Positions 40,590 to 54,100 of a stretch of 64,000 nucleotides of DNA are shown piece after piece. The stretch's first letter is position 1; each line of letters opens with the position of its first letter. The notes beneath the pieces were generated by a model. That model was not told the DNA's origin. It worked only from the letters and a program-made list of their open reading frames with translations, and made no database searches. The DNA is from Lama glama (taxonomy: Eukaryota): positions 69,688,001 through 69,752,000 of the forward strand of contig CM052820.1 in assembly GCA_028534125.1 (NCBI GenBank). Direction: 5' to 3'. A program made the translations under genes and the position numbers.

Positions 40590-41810
40590 TATTTATTCAC
40601 CAATTAGTCATTGACCATCTACTCTGTGCCAGGAACTATTCTACTTACATCGGGAATACAGCAGTGAATAAAACAGACCAAAATATTACTGCCTTTATGA
40701 GATTTGCGTTATTGTAGAGAAGACATAATTTTTTAAGTAAATTATTGTATTAAAAGATAATAAGTGCTATAGAGAAAAATAAAACAGATGAGTATCAGGA
40801 ATGGAGGGTAGCTTGCAATTTTATATTGACTGGTCAGAGGAAATCTCAATGAAAACATAAAATTGAATGAGGAGTCTCATGATCTGACTGACTTTACAGG
40901 ACTCAATGTGGCTACTCTATATTCACAGTAGGCTGTGGAGGACGAAGGTAGAAGGTTAGAGATGATGGTGGATTGAACCAAGATGGTAGCAGTGAAGGTG
41001 GTGAAAAGTAGTTAGGCTCCAGATATATTTGAAGGTATAGCCAACAGGATTTCCTAATGGATTTAATGTGGGATGTAAATTTTAAAAAGAGGCAACGATG
41101 ATGACAATGGTTTGGCCTGAGCAACTGAATTATTTCGGAGGTTGGGAAAACTAAGATTGAGACAGATATAGGACAAAGAAAATAAGTATAATTTTACATA
41201 TTATTTTGAATGTCCATCATAAATTCAGGTGGAGCTATCAAGGGGGTATTTGAATATACAAGTCTGGAGTTCAGGGGGAAGTCCAGACCGGACATAACAA
41301 TTGGAATCATTGGCATATACATGGATGTGATCATCAAGGAAGTAACTATGGATGGAGAGAAATTTCAAATAAAGGATGCTGGGACAGCCCAACAATAAGA
41401 AGTCAAAGAGAGTAGGAGGGCCCAAAAGAGGAGACTGAGAAGAAGCTTGTTAAATCAGTTGGCCATTGGATCTCATAGCATGAAGGCCCTAGGGATCTGA
41501 TAAGAGCAGTTTTGTGGTGAAGAGAATGCCTGGGTAGAATGGATCTGAGAAAGAATTTACAGACAATGAGCTTGGATCACTTTGAAAAGTGTTGATGTTC
41601 AGTGGAGCAGAGAAATGGAGAGCTCACTGCAAGATTGCCATAGGAATTAAGGTTAAAAGTAGGACTTTTCTTCCATGATGCAGAAATAATGGCGCATTTG
41701 TATGCTGATGGGCATGATCCAATGGAGAGAGCAAAAGTAATGATGAAAGAAAGTGGAGAGTTGCTAAGGAGGTGAGAGGAGATTTGATCTAGTATAGAAA
41801 TGGGGTGAGA
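40590..41810 (-). mobile_element. L2a-like element in intron 9
   Basis: tttattattcaccaattagtcattgaccatctactctgtgccagg...cagcagtgaataaaacagac is the L2 3' end; internal agatgatggtggattgaaccaagatggtagcagtgaaggtggtgaaaag. Confidence 0.85.
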
Positions 41811-42661
41811 TTGGAAAATATAAGCAACGCTCTGGGAGAAAAAAACAGTTAAACTACATTTCAGTTATCTTTCCATTTAGTGAATGAGGAGTACAAAAAG
41901 AATATAGCACAATTTTTAAAAGCATGTAAGTTTTAATATTTAAAGAAAATTGTCATATTATTGATCACAATTCCAAATAAGAGGTGACTGAAAAATAATA
42001 TAATTACAATAACACATAAAATCCTGCTGATAGTATTCCTGCTGCAGCTTTTTCTCGTTAACCTTTCTTTTTCTCATCCTCTCCATAGGGTCCTTTTCCT
42101 ATTTTTTGTTTCTTCTCCAACTTCTACACTCATGAAACTTCCTTCTATTCCTTAATCTCCACAAGAAAACTTAGCCTTCTCCTTTTGGCAGTTACAGTCA
42201 CACACACACACGCACACACTAACAATTCATTTTGTGTAGGGTTCTCCAAATGACAATGGACTCAAAATTGAAAAAGAAAATTTCTCTTAACACTTCTCAA
42301 TAAGCGTAATCACTAAATGACATTTCTTCTAGTTAAGCACCCATATAATAGATTATTTCAGGAGAAATCCTTTTACTTCTTAACTACCTAACCTGGGATA
42401 TTTTAACAGTATCATTTTAATATTTGTCAGAAAAGTGTATTTTTTAAAAGTACAATAAGCACGTCCTAAAAAATGCTACTTTTATTTTTGCTCATAGGTA
42501 AACAGTTTAGATTGATATGAAATCATTTAATCTCTCAGAATTTTTTTTTTAATGTAGGCTTAGAAGGATTTTGGCAAATCTCTACTTTTTTTTTCTTTTT
42601 TTTTTTTTACACGGTTTAAACTCTTTTCCAATTGATTATGATACTAAATAATTGGGTATAA

Positions 42662-43132
<471 letters not shown>

Positions 43133-44038
43133 TGAGTGAGAAACGTAATCGGGCTGTAGGGTCACTAAATTTGTGGATCCTTGGGGAACATACTTTAGGG
43201 AAGGTTTTTAGGAAGATCCTTCAATTCCCTAAAGAATGTTTTTGGTCTAAAAGGCCTGAATCCTTGACTGACCAGATTTTCTCTTTTCTGAACCAGAATG
43301 TTGCTTCTAGTAATAGGTGTGTTGTTTAGTCCAACAGAAATCCACATAAAGTGATACTTCACCTTACCCAGCACTGGGGAGTGAAATTCATTTCATTATT
43401 TCATTTTCCAGGTAACTGGAGCTGTACTCATTAAATATCAACCTCTTTAACAGTTTTGTTATCTACTAAGTTAGATGTGTCTTTGTTTTATTTTTGAAAT
43501 ATGTTAGAATAATTTAATTGTTCTTTACTTAAGTGAATACATATTTTTCACCCATGACTTTTGCAAGTTTAAATTTTTGCACAAAATTAAGGTCTTCAGG
43601 GCCTTCAGAATCAGAGATAATATTAAGGACATCCATGTGGAGACTGTTGGTCTTTAAATGTGCCCGAAATACCATAAATTTTAAGGTTATGATGACTGCT
43701 TTTTACAGTGTCTGTTTTCTCCATTTCATCATGGCCTTTTCTTTCTGTTTGTGCTCCCTCTCTGGTCACCGTCCTGCCATCTCTTTTACCTTCCTTACTT
43801 TCTTGCCATACCCTTGAGGACTATGAAAGAAGACCACTAAATTTGCTATAATTTTAAAACTAAGTGGTTAGCATTAATGGTACAAGTACTTTTAAATTAA
43901 GAACCCAAGTTGCTCAACTGTGATAAAAGTACATATTTCAGTATTTTCTTTTCACTCCCAACATTATATCAAATTCTGTGAATATAAAGATACCAACTCT
44001 CACGTTCAAGAAATCCTCTGGGTAATTGAGAGTATTTT

Positions 44039-44143
44039 GTCAGAAGCCTCACGATAGGAGAAGGTGCGTGTGTGTCTGTGTGTATAACCAGCCTTTAAAC
44101 TGGTCCAGTTACCGCTTGGGAAGTGATGGCATGTCATGTAAAA
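44039..44143 (+). pseudogene. Degenerate partial copy of LRP1B exon 10 (pseudo-exon remnant)
   Basis: 44115-44143 matches 42889-42917 at 27/29 nt and 44039-44048 matches 42773-42782 at 10/10. The original splice dinucleotides are not retained. Confidence 0.7.
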
Positions 44144-44239
44144 ATACAATCGTGCACTTTTATGCATACATATATATGTGTGTGTATGTGTATATATACA
44201 CATGTTTGGGGAAAAAACATACAATCAGAGTTGCTTAAG

Positions 44240-44825
44240 CTTCAGTCATCCCGAATGTAGTGATCCACCAGGATCTATTTACATTTATAGTAAGACAAAC
44301 AATTCTAGCTATTTTAAGCAGAAAAGATCAAACGCAAGTAGATACGTGCTTACGGAATCAGTGAGATGCCTGAAGCAACAGCTTCTAGACTATCTCGGGA
44401 ACATTCCTCAAAACCACCACAAACTAGCTTGACTTAAAGCTGGAACGTGGGCCTCAGTCAGAAGCTAGGGCATCGGGAAGCCACAAATGACAATGGTAAC
44501 TTCAAAAACACACCATGTTAGCACAGATCTAGGGGTTAGGAAGCTTGCACCACAGCTGTCAGCTGCAGAAATGCGTGACACTGGCAGACGACGCAAAAAG
44601 GAAAGACGCCCTCTCCCTTGCCTCTTGGTGCACACAAAGGGAAAAGCCTGATACGGGGAAATGCAGTTTCCCCGTTAGATGAATCTCAGCAGAAATAGCA
44701 AGAGGGGGCCTCATTTCCATATTCCAGACTTGAGCTAGGACATCTGATATTAAGTACTTAAATCAAAACCAGAACCGTGGCTACATCAGTGTCTGAGATG
44801 TGTATAGTTTTTGATTGTCTGCCAT
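44240..44825. mobile_element. Old MaLR (MLT1-type) LTR-like segment
   Basis: aacaattctagctattttaagcagaaaag near one end and gtggctacatcagtgtctgagatgtgtatagttttt near the other; heavily diverged. Confidence 0.4.
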
Positions 44826-44959
44826 ACAGGAAAACACACTAGAAGAAACTTTAGGTACTGAATGACTGAAAAAAGTGATTGAATAAAACAACGTGTACAC
44901 CCATGCACACACACGTACATTAAGCCAGTGAAGTACCAGGTTTACTGATTACCAATTAA

Positions 44960-46340
44960 AGCACCTGTTAAAAAATAAAGCAATAATTTAAGTGTTAGCA
45001 AGAATGGATATGGTGAAACTAGTGATTTTTTATGCATGGCTAATAGAACGGGAAGTTGGTAACACCGTTGGAAGGACATTTGATAACACCTATGATAAAC
45101 AAAACTGATAATATCCTTTAATAAATTATCCCACTTTTGTCTGAAGAAATTCATTATAAATATATGTATAATAACAAAAACCCAGAAGCAATCTGAACAT
45201 CCTACAGTAGGTAGGTGGCTGACTATGTTATGTTGCCTCCCTAGCAGGAAACATGATGCTGACATTGGAAAGAATGTTTTGAAGGCTTTTTAATGGCACA
45301 AGAAAATGTCATTAAATTTTTAAAAGTTACATATTAAAAGACATATCTAAAAATCCCAATTTTACAAAAAGTATCCATGCATATGAAGTTGGTAAGAAAT
45401 ATTCAGGACTTAATTCTTTAATGGATCTGTTCTACTTTTAAATAATGTAAAATAGTATTTTAAAATAAAATACTCTTGAAAGTTGGCAGACACTGAAATG
45501 CTGTGAGGGCAGTGAAAAGAGGAATGTTAATATTCTTTACCCAGAAATTCCATTTCTGTAAGTATATACTAAGAGATCGTCTAAGAGAATGTATAAAATA
45601 CTAGGTTGGAAAAAATGCATATCTCAGTATTATAATATGAAAAGATAAAACTAATTGGAGAATGGTTTGGCAAATCAGCATATGTTTATGATCATACTGA
45701 AGGAATGTGAGACTTGATGAATCAATGTAGATCATAAACTTAATGTTAAGATTTAAGAATAAAATCAGAATATAAAATTGTATCCTTTTCTATATAAGTA
45801 GCTGTGTGTTAGAAAAATAGTTTGACAAATTAAATTTGACTCGTCACACAAAGGAGTATGATACAGCAATGAAAATGAATGAACAATGATTGTAATAACC
45901 ATAGATGGGTATCAGGAGTGTAAGAATAAAACTAGCTCACAGAAGAGTTCACACATGCAATTTAAGCTTGCAAAATTAAACAACCTATTGTTAGAAAATA
46001 CAAACAACATATGTGCCAAATCTTAAAAAAAAAAAAAATAAGCAGAATATTGGACGTCTCTGAGATGGAAGGAGGGTGGGTTTGGGGCCTGTGCATGCAT
46101 TCTAATGTTCTGAAAATATTTCCAAGATCTGTGCTAGGTCCATGAGATTTGTTTTATTTTTATTCTTTATATATTAAAACTTTATTAATATTTATATCAT
46201 TTAATATTCATTAACACTAATTTTAAAAGAAAACAAGAGAAAGAAAATATATAAAATGATAGTATAGTTTATATTGAGGGTGTTGAATTTATGAGTGACT
46301 ACTTATTTTTTCTTTTCTTTTTTTTCTCCAAATTTTTATA
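44960..46340 (+). mobile_element. Fragmented old L1 (L1ME-type) 3' sequences
   Basis: aaaaacccagaagcaatctgaacatcctacagtaggtaggtggct; acccagaaattccatttctg; ggagtatgatacagcaatgaaaatgaatgaac. Confidence 0.55.
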
Positions 46341-47247
46341 ATGTAGTTACTTTACCTCACTAAGAATCTCTTACGGTAAGGTTATACAAATATAATAGTC
46401 ATGTTTTTCCTCAGTTTTATTAATAAAACTCAGTATGTTTTCCTTTCCATATGAAATATTCTCTTAAAAATTATCTAGACTTAAGTAGAGGGACCCCCTA
46501 GCAACTGGAGAGTCTTGCATGTTTTTTCATACAAAGTCTGAAGTAGTTCATTCGTTCTGTAGAAAAAGCCACCTTGATTCTGGCATTTGAACCCAGGAAA
46601 CAGTTTTTTTGTTTTGGGTTTTTTGTTTTTGTTTTGTTCTGTTTTAGACAAGGGCTGTATTGAACATCAGAGTTGCTGGCAGTCAGCATCAGCCTCTAAC
46701 ATTTCTAACTAAGATGTAAAAGAAAAAGCGTTGCTGTAACTGGCATTTGATTTCACTTAGAAAAATGAATCACATGTTTAGACAAACCGTAATATATTTA
46801 CTGTGTGCTCCTTTCTGTTTGCCTCTGACAGTCTGTAGATGCAAACTTGGAGTAGGGGGCTGTTTTAGATACTCTGAAATTTTTAGTATTGTCAAACATG
46901 ATTAATTCTATAGTTAATATCTACAAATGTGTTAGATAGATTGTAATGAATTGTAAAATTAAATGTGCTGGATGCTTTAATAAATGTCCATTTTACAGTT
47001 ACAAGTTATCCAATGATGTGTCATGTTTTTGCTATACAGACAGTTACAGACAAAAGAATAATTAACTAAATATAACTTATTCACGGAAGTAATTTCTATT
47101 TTAATTAAAGTAATGCAATTAGCTGGCCTTCTTACATCAAGATACATTTGGCATATTTTAGAGTTTAATTTTTGGTATTGAATTTAAAAAACCGCTAATT
47201 GTGCCAGTTAATTAAACAGTGGCATTATGCAGCGTAAAGAAGATTAG

Positions 47248-47529
<282 letters not shown>

Positions 47530-48334
47530 TGACAATGTGTAACGCTGACATCAAACTGCCCAGGGACAAAGCCCTTTAAAAGGACAGACCCAATGGATGT
47601 CAGACTAACTTTAACCAGAACCCAAGTTATGGTTGATTTTTAAATATTGGTTAATTTCATTTTCTTCACTAGCATTATTTCTATGTGTTTTCTACATCCC
47701 CGCCTATTAACACCTTCATTATAAAATCGAACTTGTATTTGTCCACTACAGTGTAAATGCAGGAATTAAATTGAGCTATTTATTCATCTTCATGGAAAAT
47801 GTAGATTTACAATTATGTTTACAATGCTATGTGGTAGAACAAAATTTAACAGGACATTAGAGACTTTTGTATTATTTGGTTCTCGCTAGAATATTAGTCA
47901 TGTTACTTACAGTGCGTTAAAAATAGCAATGTCCCCATTGTCATCATGATTCTTGTATGTTGTTTCTTACTTTACAAGTTTCTAAAATTGAATTCTTTAG
48001 CGTCGCCCTTGGGATGTCGATATCTGCAAAGAAACTTTAATTGTTTATACCTATTTTTTATTTACAAACACATATTTGTTACATACATATATGTAAATAT
48101 ATATGCATATACCTTATTTAATCAGTGAATTTCATAAATTACCTCACTGAGAACAACCAATCAAGGACAAAATAATATAACTTTGGTGTGAGTAGAAAAC
48201 ATCTTTAATAATCAAGCAAAGTAACTCTTTGGCTGCAGTCACTTTTCGACATGTTTTTGATGGTTCTGGACCTCAGTTTCCTCAGATACACATTTTGCTT
48301 ACTTCTCAAATAAATTAAAAATCCTTAATTCAGG

Positions 48335-49020
48335 GACATTAATTGCATGCTGATTATATAAAGTTCGCTGTGCTAGGAGATTAGGAAAAGAAAAAGTTAG
48401 GAAATGGTTACTGCCTTCAAGGAGTTTATAATCTACCTTTGGAGATCTTAAACACCCCCCCAAAGACAAAAGGCTTAACAGCATTTAATTTAATAAGTTC
48501 AAAGTGGGCCCAAAGAAATGTGTGATTAATGGAGAATGTCCATGTAATAAGAATACACAGGAAGAGAGAGATGTCACTTTGTGGGGGGTCTCAGGGAACT
48601 TTTTTGTGAAGGAGGAGGTATTTGGTCTGGTTCTTAAAGGAAGAATGTTAAAGGGGAGAGGAATTCCATGAGAAAAATAAGAAAGACAAAACCCCGAGAA
48701 AGCAGATGCTCCAGAAAGAGGATGAGGGGAACATTCAGGGGACCTAACTTACTGGAGATTTAGTTTACAGGTAATAGTGACAGAGGACACGTGGGTCCCG
48801 AGAGGTGGTAAAACCAAAGACCTTAAATGAGAGGTGAAGGAGCTTGGATAAAATCCTGGAGGGGTAAGAGGAAATGCTTTTGATCCAAAGAAAAATGTGA
48901 ATACAAATATTTTAGGAGAATCAATCTGGCAGTGGCGTATACACTGAATCAGAAAGAGAAAAGAGAGACAATAAAAGCAGAGAAATAGACTAAAATTATT
49001 TATGGCATGAGTGGGAATGA
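48335..49020 (-). mobile_element. L2 fragment (L2c-like)
   Basis: ctgtgctaggaga...tactgccttcaaggagtttataatcta...gaggaggtatttggtctggttcttaaaggaaga. Confidence 0.6.
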
Positions 49021-50419
49021 ACGATGGTCTCTACTGTCTTTTAGAGGAATTGGGGGCAGCATAAGAAGATTATTCATTCAACTCAGGTGTGCTTTGAGTG
49101 AAGACTTTAATGATAAAAAGTACACCTTTAACGAGTGACAGATGAAATGCTAAAATGAAAAATACCCCTGCTTTTGTCTTTTTATATAGTTTACTGATTA
49201 AGGCAATATAAATCCACCATGACTTAACGCCATGAGTGTCTAACTGGAGTTAAGATTTGTACTTTAAAATGGATGTGGCAGGAACTGTCTGCCTCCTTTT
49301 TTCTGTAATGTGCTATCAGATGATACAAAGTGTGCAATTTTAGAAGGACAATGAACTTGCACATTCTAAGTAGATGCATTTGGATTGCTCTAATTTGGAC
49401 CTAGACGTTTTCAAGAGGGACTGAAATGTAATATAGAGGGTTCTTGGTTTCTTTTCAAAAAATGTCAGTTCCCGTGGTGACTGAAATGTTCCAGCTAATA
49501 ATCCCAACTGATAATAGTATCAGTGACATTGGGGTTCTTTGCTTTCTACCACAGCAACGGAGGTGGACTCTAATAGCCCCTTGACTGCCAGACACATCTG
49601 TACAGTGTTGCTTTGACAGGATGAAGGTTATGAAAACATTTTGTAGATTTCCACACCTGACATACATTTAACATTTTAATAACCTTATACAAAGGACAGC
49701 TTAATGTCTTTTTATTAGTTTATTTTGTTTCTTGCCGGTAAGGAGAATAATAATAGATGTTGTGCTGCAAGATTAAAGTGTCAGAACAGAACTTACATTT
49801 GGCAAATGACAACCTGTGTTTCTTGGAGTCAGAATAGATAAGTTTTCTCTGTGTGTTCACTCATTTAACTAGCGTGTCTGCCATCTAACCTGAAAACTCA
49901 GAGGTAATACTTGTTTTGACAAATGATTTGGTAAGCTTAGTAGGAATTCTGAGTCTTAGTTAAATTGGTATGGTTTGAAAAGGCTTAAAGATTTTTCAAT
50001 TTTTACATAAATATCTTGGACATATTCTGTGTAAACTCAGGTCCTTTCAATACAGAAAAAAAGAGCCAGCTTTTCAAAAAAAAAAAAAAGACCCACCTCT
50101 ATTCATTCTCTGATTCTGTTTTCTCACTTAAGAGTTTTATTGAAAACCTCCTAAATATGATATATCTTAGAGGCTTTGTGTAATCTTGTGGGCTGAAACA
50201 GTTAGTTAAATAAATGAGAGAGAAAAATTGTCCATTTGAGGTACTTACATGCAGCTCAATAATTACTGAAACTATTAAATGAAGACATTAGTGATTTCAT
50301 AAAAATAGGCTTCTATAAGGACAAAACATTTACCCATCTTTATTTTTAACTTTTGAGAATTTTTGTCAAAATTTTGGTCAAATTTATACTGTTGATTTCT
50401 TTTAATTAATTACTTGATT

Positions 50420-50630
50420 TGTTTGTCCAGTCAGTAAATATTCATTGAATGCCTTCTCTGAGCCTGGCACTGTTCTAGGTGATGGAAATGCTGCAGTAAA
50501 GAGGACAAAGCTTCATACTTAGTTTATATCCAAATAGCAGGAGATAGATAGTAAATAAACACATAAATGAAGAAGATAATAAGTGCTCTAAAAAAATCAA
50601 GTGGGATACTGTGGTAGAAAGTAAAAGAAG
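50420..50630 (-). mobile_element. L2 3' end fragment
   Basis: cagtaaatattcattgaatgccttctctgagcctggcactgttctaggtgatggaaatgctgcagt. Confidence 0.75.
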
Positions 50631-50688
50631 CTATATCAACAAGAGGCAAAAATCAACCGAGTGGACAGATAGTTTAAATTAGTCATTC

Positions 50689-51186
50689 TGTTACCGAATA
50701 AGGTTGTGTGGACCCCACCTGACCCCTAGCCCAGCCGAGATCCCTGCCTCAGTGCGGAAGTTTCCTTTTCCGTTCTGGTTTGCACAGCCAGGAAATGAAA
50801 CCAAAGCTGAGATTGAAGCAGTGCAAGCTTTTTTCAATGGCCAGAGAATGGAGAAGTGGGAACTTGGTTCACAAAGTAACTTCTTGCTCAGGGGACGATT
50901 AAGGCAAGGTTTTAAGGGCAGGGGTATTGAGGGGGAAGCATATGCACTGGTTTTCTGGGAATAGGTAGCTTCTTCCTGGAACTGGGGTCCCACCTCTCTT
51001 CTGTCCTTGTGTGGTCCTTTGGCCTCTGAGTCAGAAGCAGGTTGCACATCATGGATGAACAGGCAGAGATCTTCCTCTTACAGTGAGACGGTAATGAGGT
51101 GCAGGGCAGTGTTTGTCCATTTTTGAGGTTGAGCCAGCTTGCACTAGTTTTCTTATAGTTAGACTCTTGTTCCTGTGCTGTGAACA
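50689..51186 (-). mobile_element. Probable ERV1-type solo LTR
   Basis: GC-richer ~500-nt block starting tgttaccgaa and ending tgtgaaca (TG...CA), with LTR-like content (caatggccagagaatggagaagtggga, ggttttaaggg). No target-site duplication found, so the right boundary is uncertain. Confidence 0.55.
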
Positions 51187-54100
51187 CAGCTAGAGGGTAT
51201 AGTTAGTTGTGGTTTTCTGCACATTTATCTGGAGGGAGTGGCAGGGGTATGGTTCTGGGACAACAGCTTTGGTAAGAATTTTTGCCGGATGAAACTGTTA
51301 CCTCTCTCTAAGAGAACAAGATAGATACTCTTTATAAGATTGTATTTATGTTTATCTTCTTGGATGTCTTGTCAAAGATTCATGTTTCATGTTTCAGAAT
51401 GAATTATAACTTGCAGCAGAAAAGAAAAAATATAAAAATGATAAGTTAGTATTCAATTTATGGTTGCATATATTCTATTAGTGCAGTACTTGTTTTTAAG
51501 CTGTATAAATTAATTCTACTAGGATACATATTTCCAAGTAGAAGACATGTTAAAATAATCTTTCATATCCTTAAAGTATTAAAAAAAAAAACTAAAGGAT
51601 TTTTTCCTGAATTTGAAAGTTATTAATGCCTCCAGCTATATATAGCTAAAACAGTAGTTTCAATAGATTGTGTAATTAAACTATAGACTTGAGGTCACCA
51701 AGTTTGTGGTAATTTGTTACAATAGCCACAGGAACTAGTGTAAAGCCTGTGCTCTTAATCACTTTGTTAACTGAATTTGTCTATTTCCTATGGTGGGTGA
51801 TTGAGATCTGGAGTAAGTACGCGATCCACACCTCAGTCTTCCTTTAACTGAAAATACTTAGAGGATCCCTGCAGTTAGAGGACAATGAATAACTTTGGGC
51901 ACCATGCAAGACAGGCTCTCTTTTTTTGATATGAATAAAATTATAGCCAGGAGGATGGAGAGGCAGTCTCTCTGCCAAACATCTTCTCCTAGTGACATGT
52001 TTAAAGATAATCTGTTGACCTACGATTAAATGGTAGTGCTCTATTTATGTGATTACTTGTCCAGCATCTGCAGGGTTAAACCCTGTTCTTTAGCTCAGTC
52101 CCACCCCCAGGGATTTGAGAGTCCAATAGTTCTTCCAATTTTGTGTTGAAATGTATGGCATTATACCTGAGCCGTGATTAATTATTTGATCAAAGTTCAT
52201 CGTTGTAATACTAATCTAACCACCACCAGCACTGCCACCACAGACACATACATGTGATCACCGAATTAAGACCCACTTCAGATTGCCAGAAATATTTCCA
52301 GTCCTCTGTTCTAATCACTACTAAGGTGGTCACTCACAGAAGATTGTAGGATGTGATGCACTGCCAAATGACACTTACCTGAGAGTAAGAATATCATTTT
52401 CTGTGCCTAGAAATCACCATTTGTTCTTGAATTTCAGTGACCTTTTCCATTATATAATTCTCTAGGAATTTCTAGTGTCTCATAAAGTTCGAGTGTTACA
52501 GTTGATGCAAGAAATTTGTTAAGATATCATTCATGAATTATGTTATAAAGTTCCCATGAACGTTAAATAGTCATTATGCCTTACAAAACATTTTAAAGTT
52601 AAGAATAAGCCCTTATGCTCTGCTATTACATTACAGGTGAATATCAGTCTCTCTCTCTCTCTTTTTTTTTTTTTTACTTTAACTCTTACTTTTTCATAAA
52701 GAAAAGCTCTAAAGACTGAGAAATGTAGATTCTCACCAACCATTAAGGAAATAATGAATACATTTGTCAGTCATGAGACATTTCGTAATTAAAACTGTTA
52801 AGAAGAGATTTGCAAGGGTTTGCAACTCTGGAGAACTTAATGGGTATTGCCGCCCTGCTGAGTAGCAAGGTTACAGGCTGTTTGCACAAACTGACTCTTG
52901 TTGACTATCAATAAGGTGTTTCCCCAGAATTTGCTGGAATCTGAGTCCTGATAACATTGGTTCAATTTTATATTTAATTTGTATATTTCTCATAACTTTT
53001 CATGTTTCTCATGAAGTCTGACATTTAGAAAAAAACAAAAACAAACTTTAAGCCAGTATATACCTTTCTGTCTGAAAACTTGATATAGATATGAGAAGAT
53101 TGAAAGCTGGGTTCTAAAATACATTGTCATAAAAAAAAATGGAATGGCTCACATGGCTAATGGGTTACAGAAACATGTATTTGTTTCTACCCAACATAGG
53201 CATATATATACACACAGGCATGTGCAAACACTGCATAATACACACACGTGTACACACACGTACACACGTGAGCTCAGGATAGCCCTAGAAGCTGCTATAA
53301 AGAAGTCTATTGTTTAATTGCTGGTAAGTTCAAAAGATAAAATGTGAAAATACTCAGTAATCTCCAAAGAACCATTGAAGTCTTATTACAAGGATGATTG
53401 CTACATTAATAAACATTCTGCTCAGCAGGATTTTTGCACACTTTAAAGAAATGTCTAATTTTAGCATGAATTAAAATTAAAGAAATACGTTTAACTTAGT
53501 TAATTATTCTTAGCATTATGTAATCTTTGTTACTTTGGAAATCACTTGGAAATCATTTTTTAACCTATGACTAATATTATAATCCTTGACTATAATTGTA
53601 CTTTTGCTTAGGTTACTGCAAATTTCTGATGAAAAAGAAAAGTTTGATAAATCAGTTTTGGCAGACTTTACTATGGGGGTTCTAAAATAGGAAATGCTAG
53701 CTCAAATTGTGGGGACAGTTAATATCCACAAAGCCAGCTGAACTTCCCCTTGAATTTGCCCATGAAACTAGGGGTCATGAGAGAATTTTAGGGGAGTGAT
53801 GGTAGTCGTCGTCTGTGCAACACATATGTCAAACAATGTGACTCTGACTTACCTAAAAAGTAACTTTACTTTTGCCTCCTACTGACTTTTAAAATTCATT
53901 CAGTAGAGTGAATGTTCCTACCCCATAGCAAAACTTGGTCAAATCCCAGTCCTTTCTGCTAACAGCTAGGCAGCAGCCAGACCTCCCAGTCATGTTGTCA
54001 GAAACGCAGCCTCCATTTGGTAATTAGAATCCCCACTCCACCATATATATGCATATTTATATCACAGTTCTGACTTCAAGGTGTCATCGCATCTTCCCTG

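Noticed and set aside
43391-43417. Recursive-splice-like motif tttcattttccag|gtaact (similar motifs near 42497 and 62777)
   Set aside because: The donors are weak, two of the three lie in short 3-4 kb introns, and such motifs are expected by chance.
44026-44238. ORF containing CVCVC...LGSDGMSCK as a functional alternative (mutually exclusive) EGF exon
   Set aside because: It lacks proper six-cysteine spacing, the donor GT is replaced by AT, and the CVCVC comes from a TG repeat. Kept only as a remnant.
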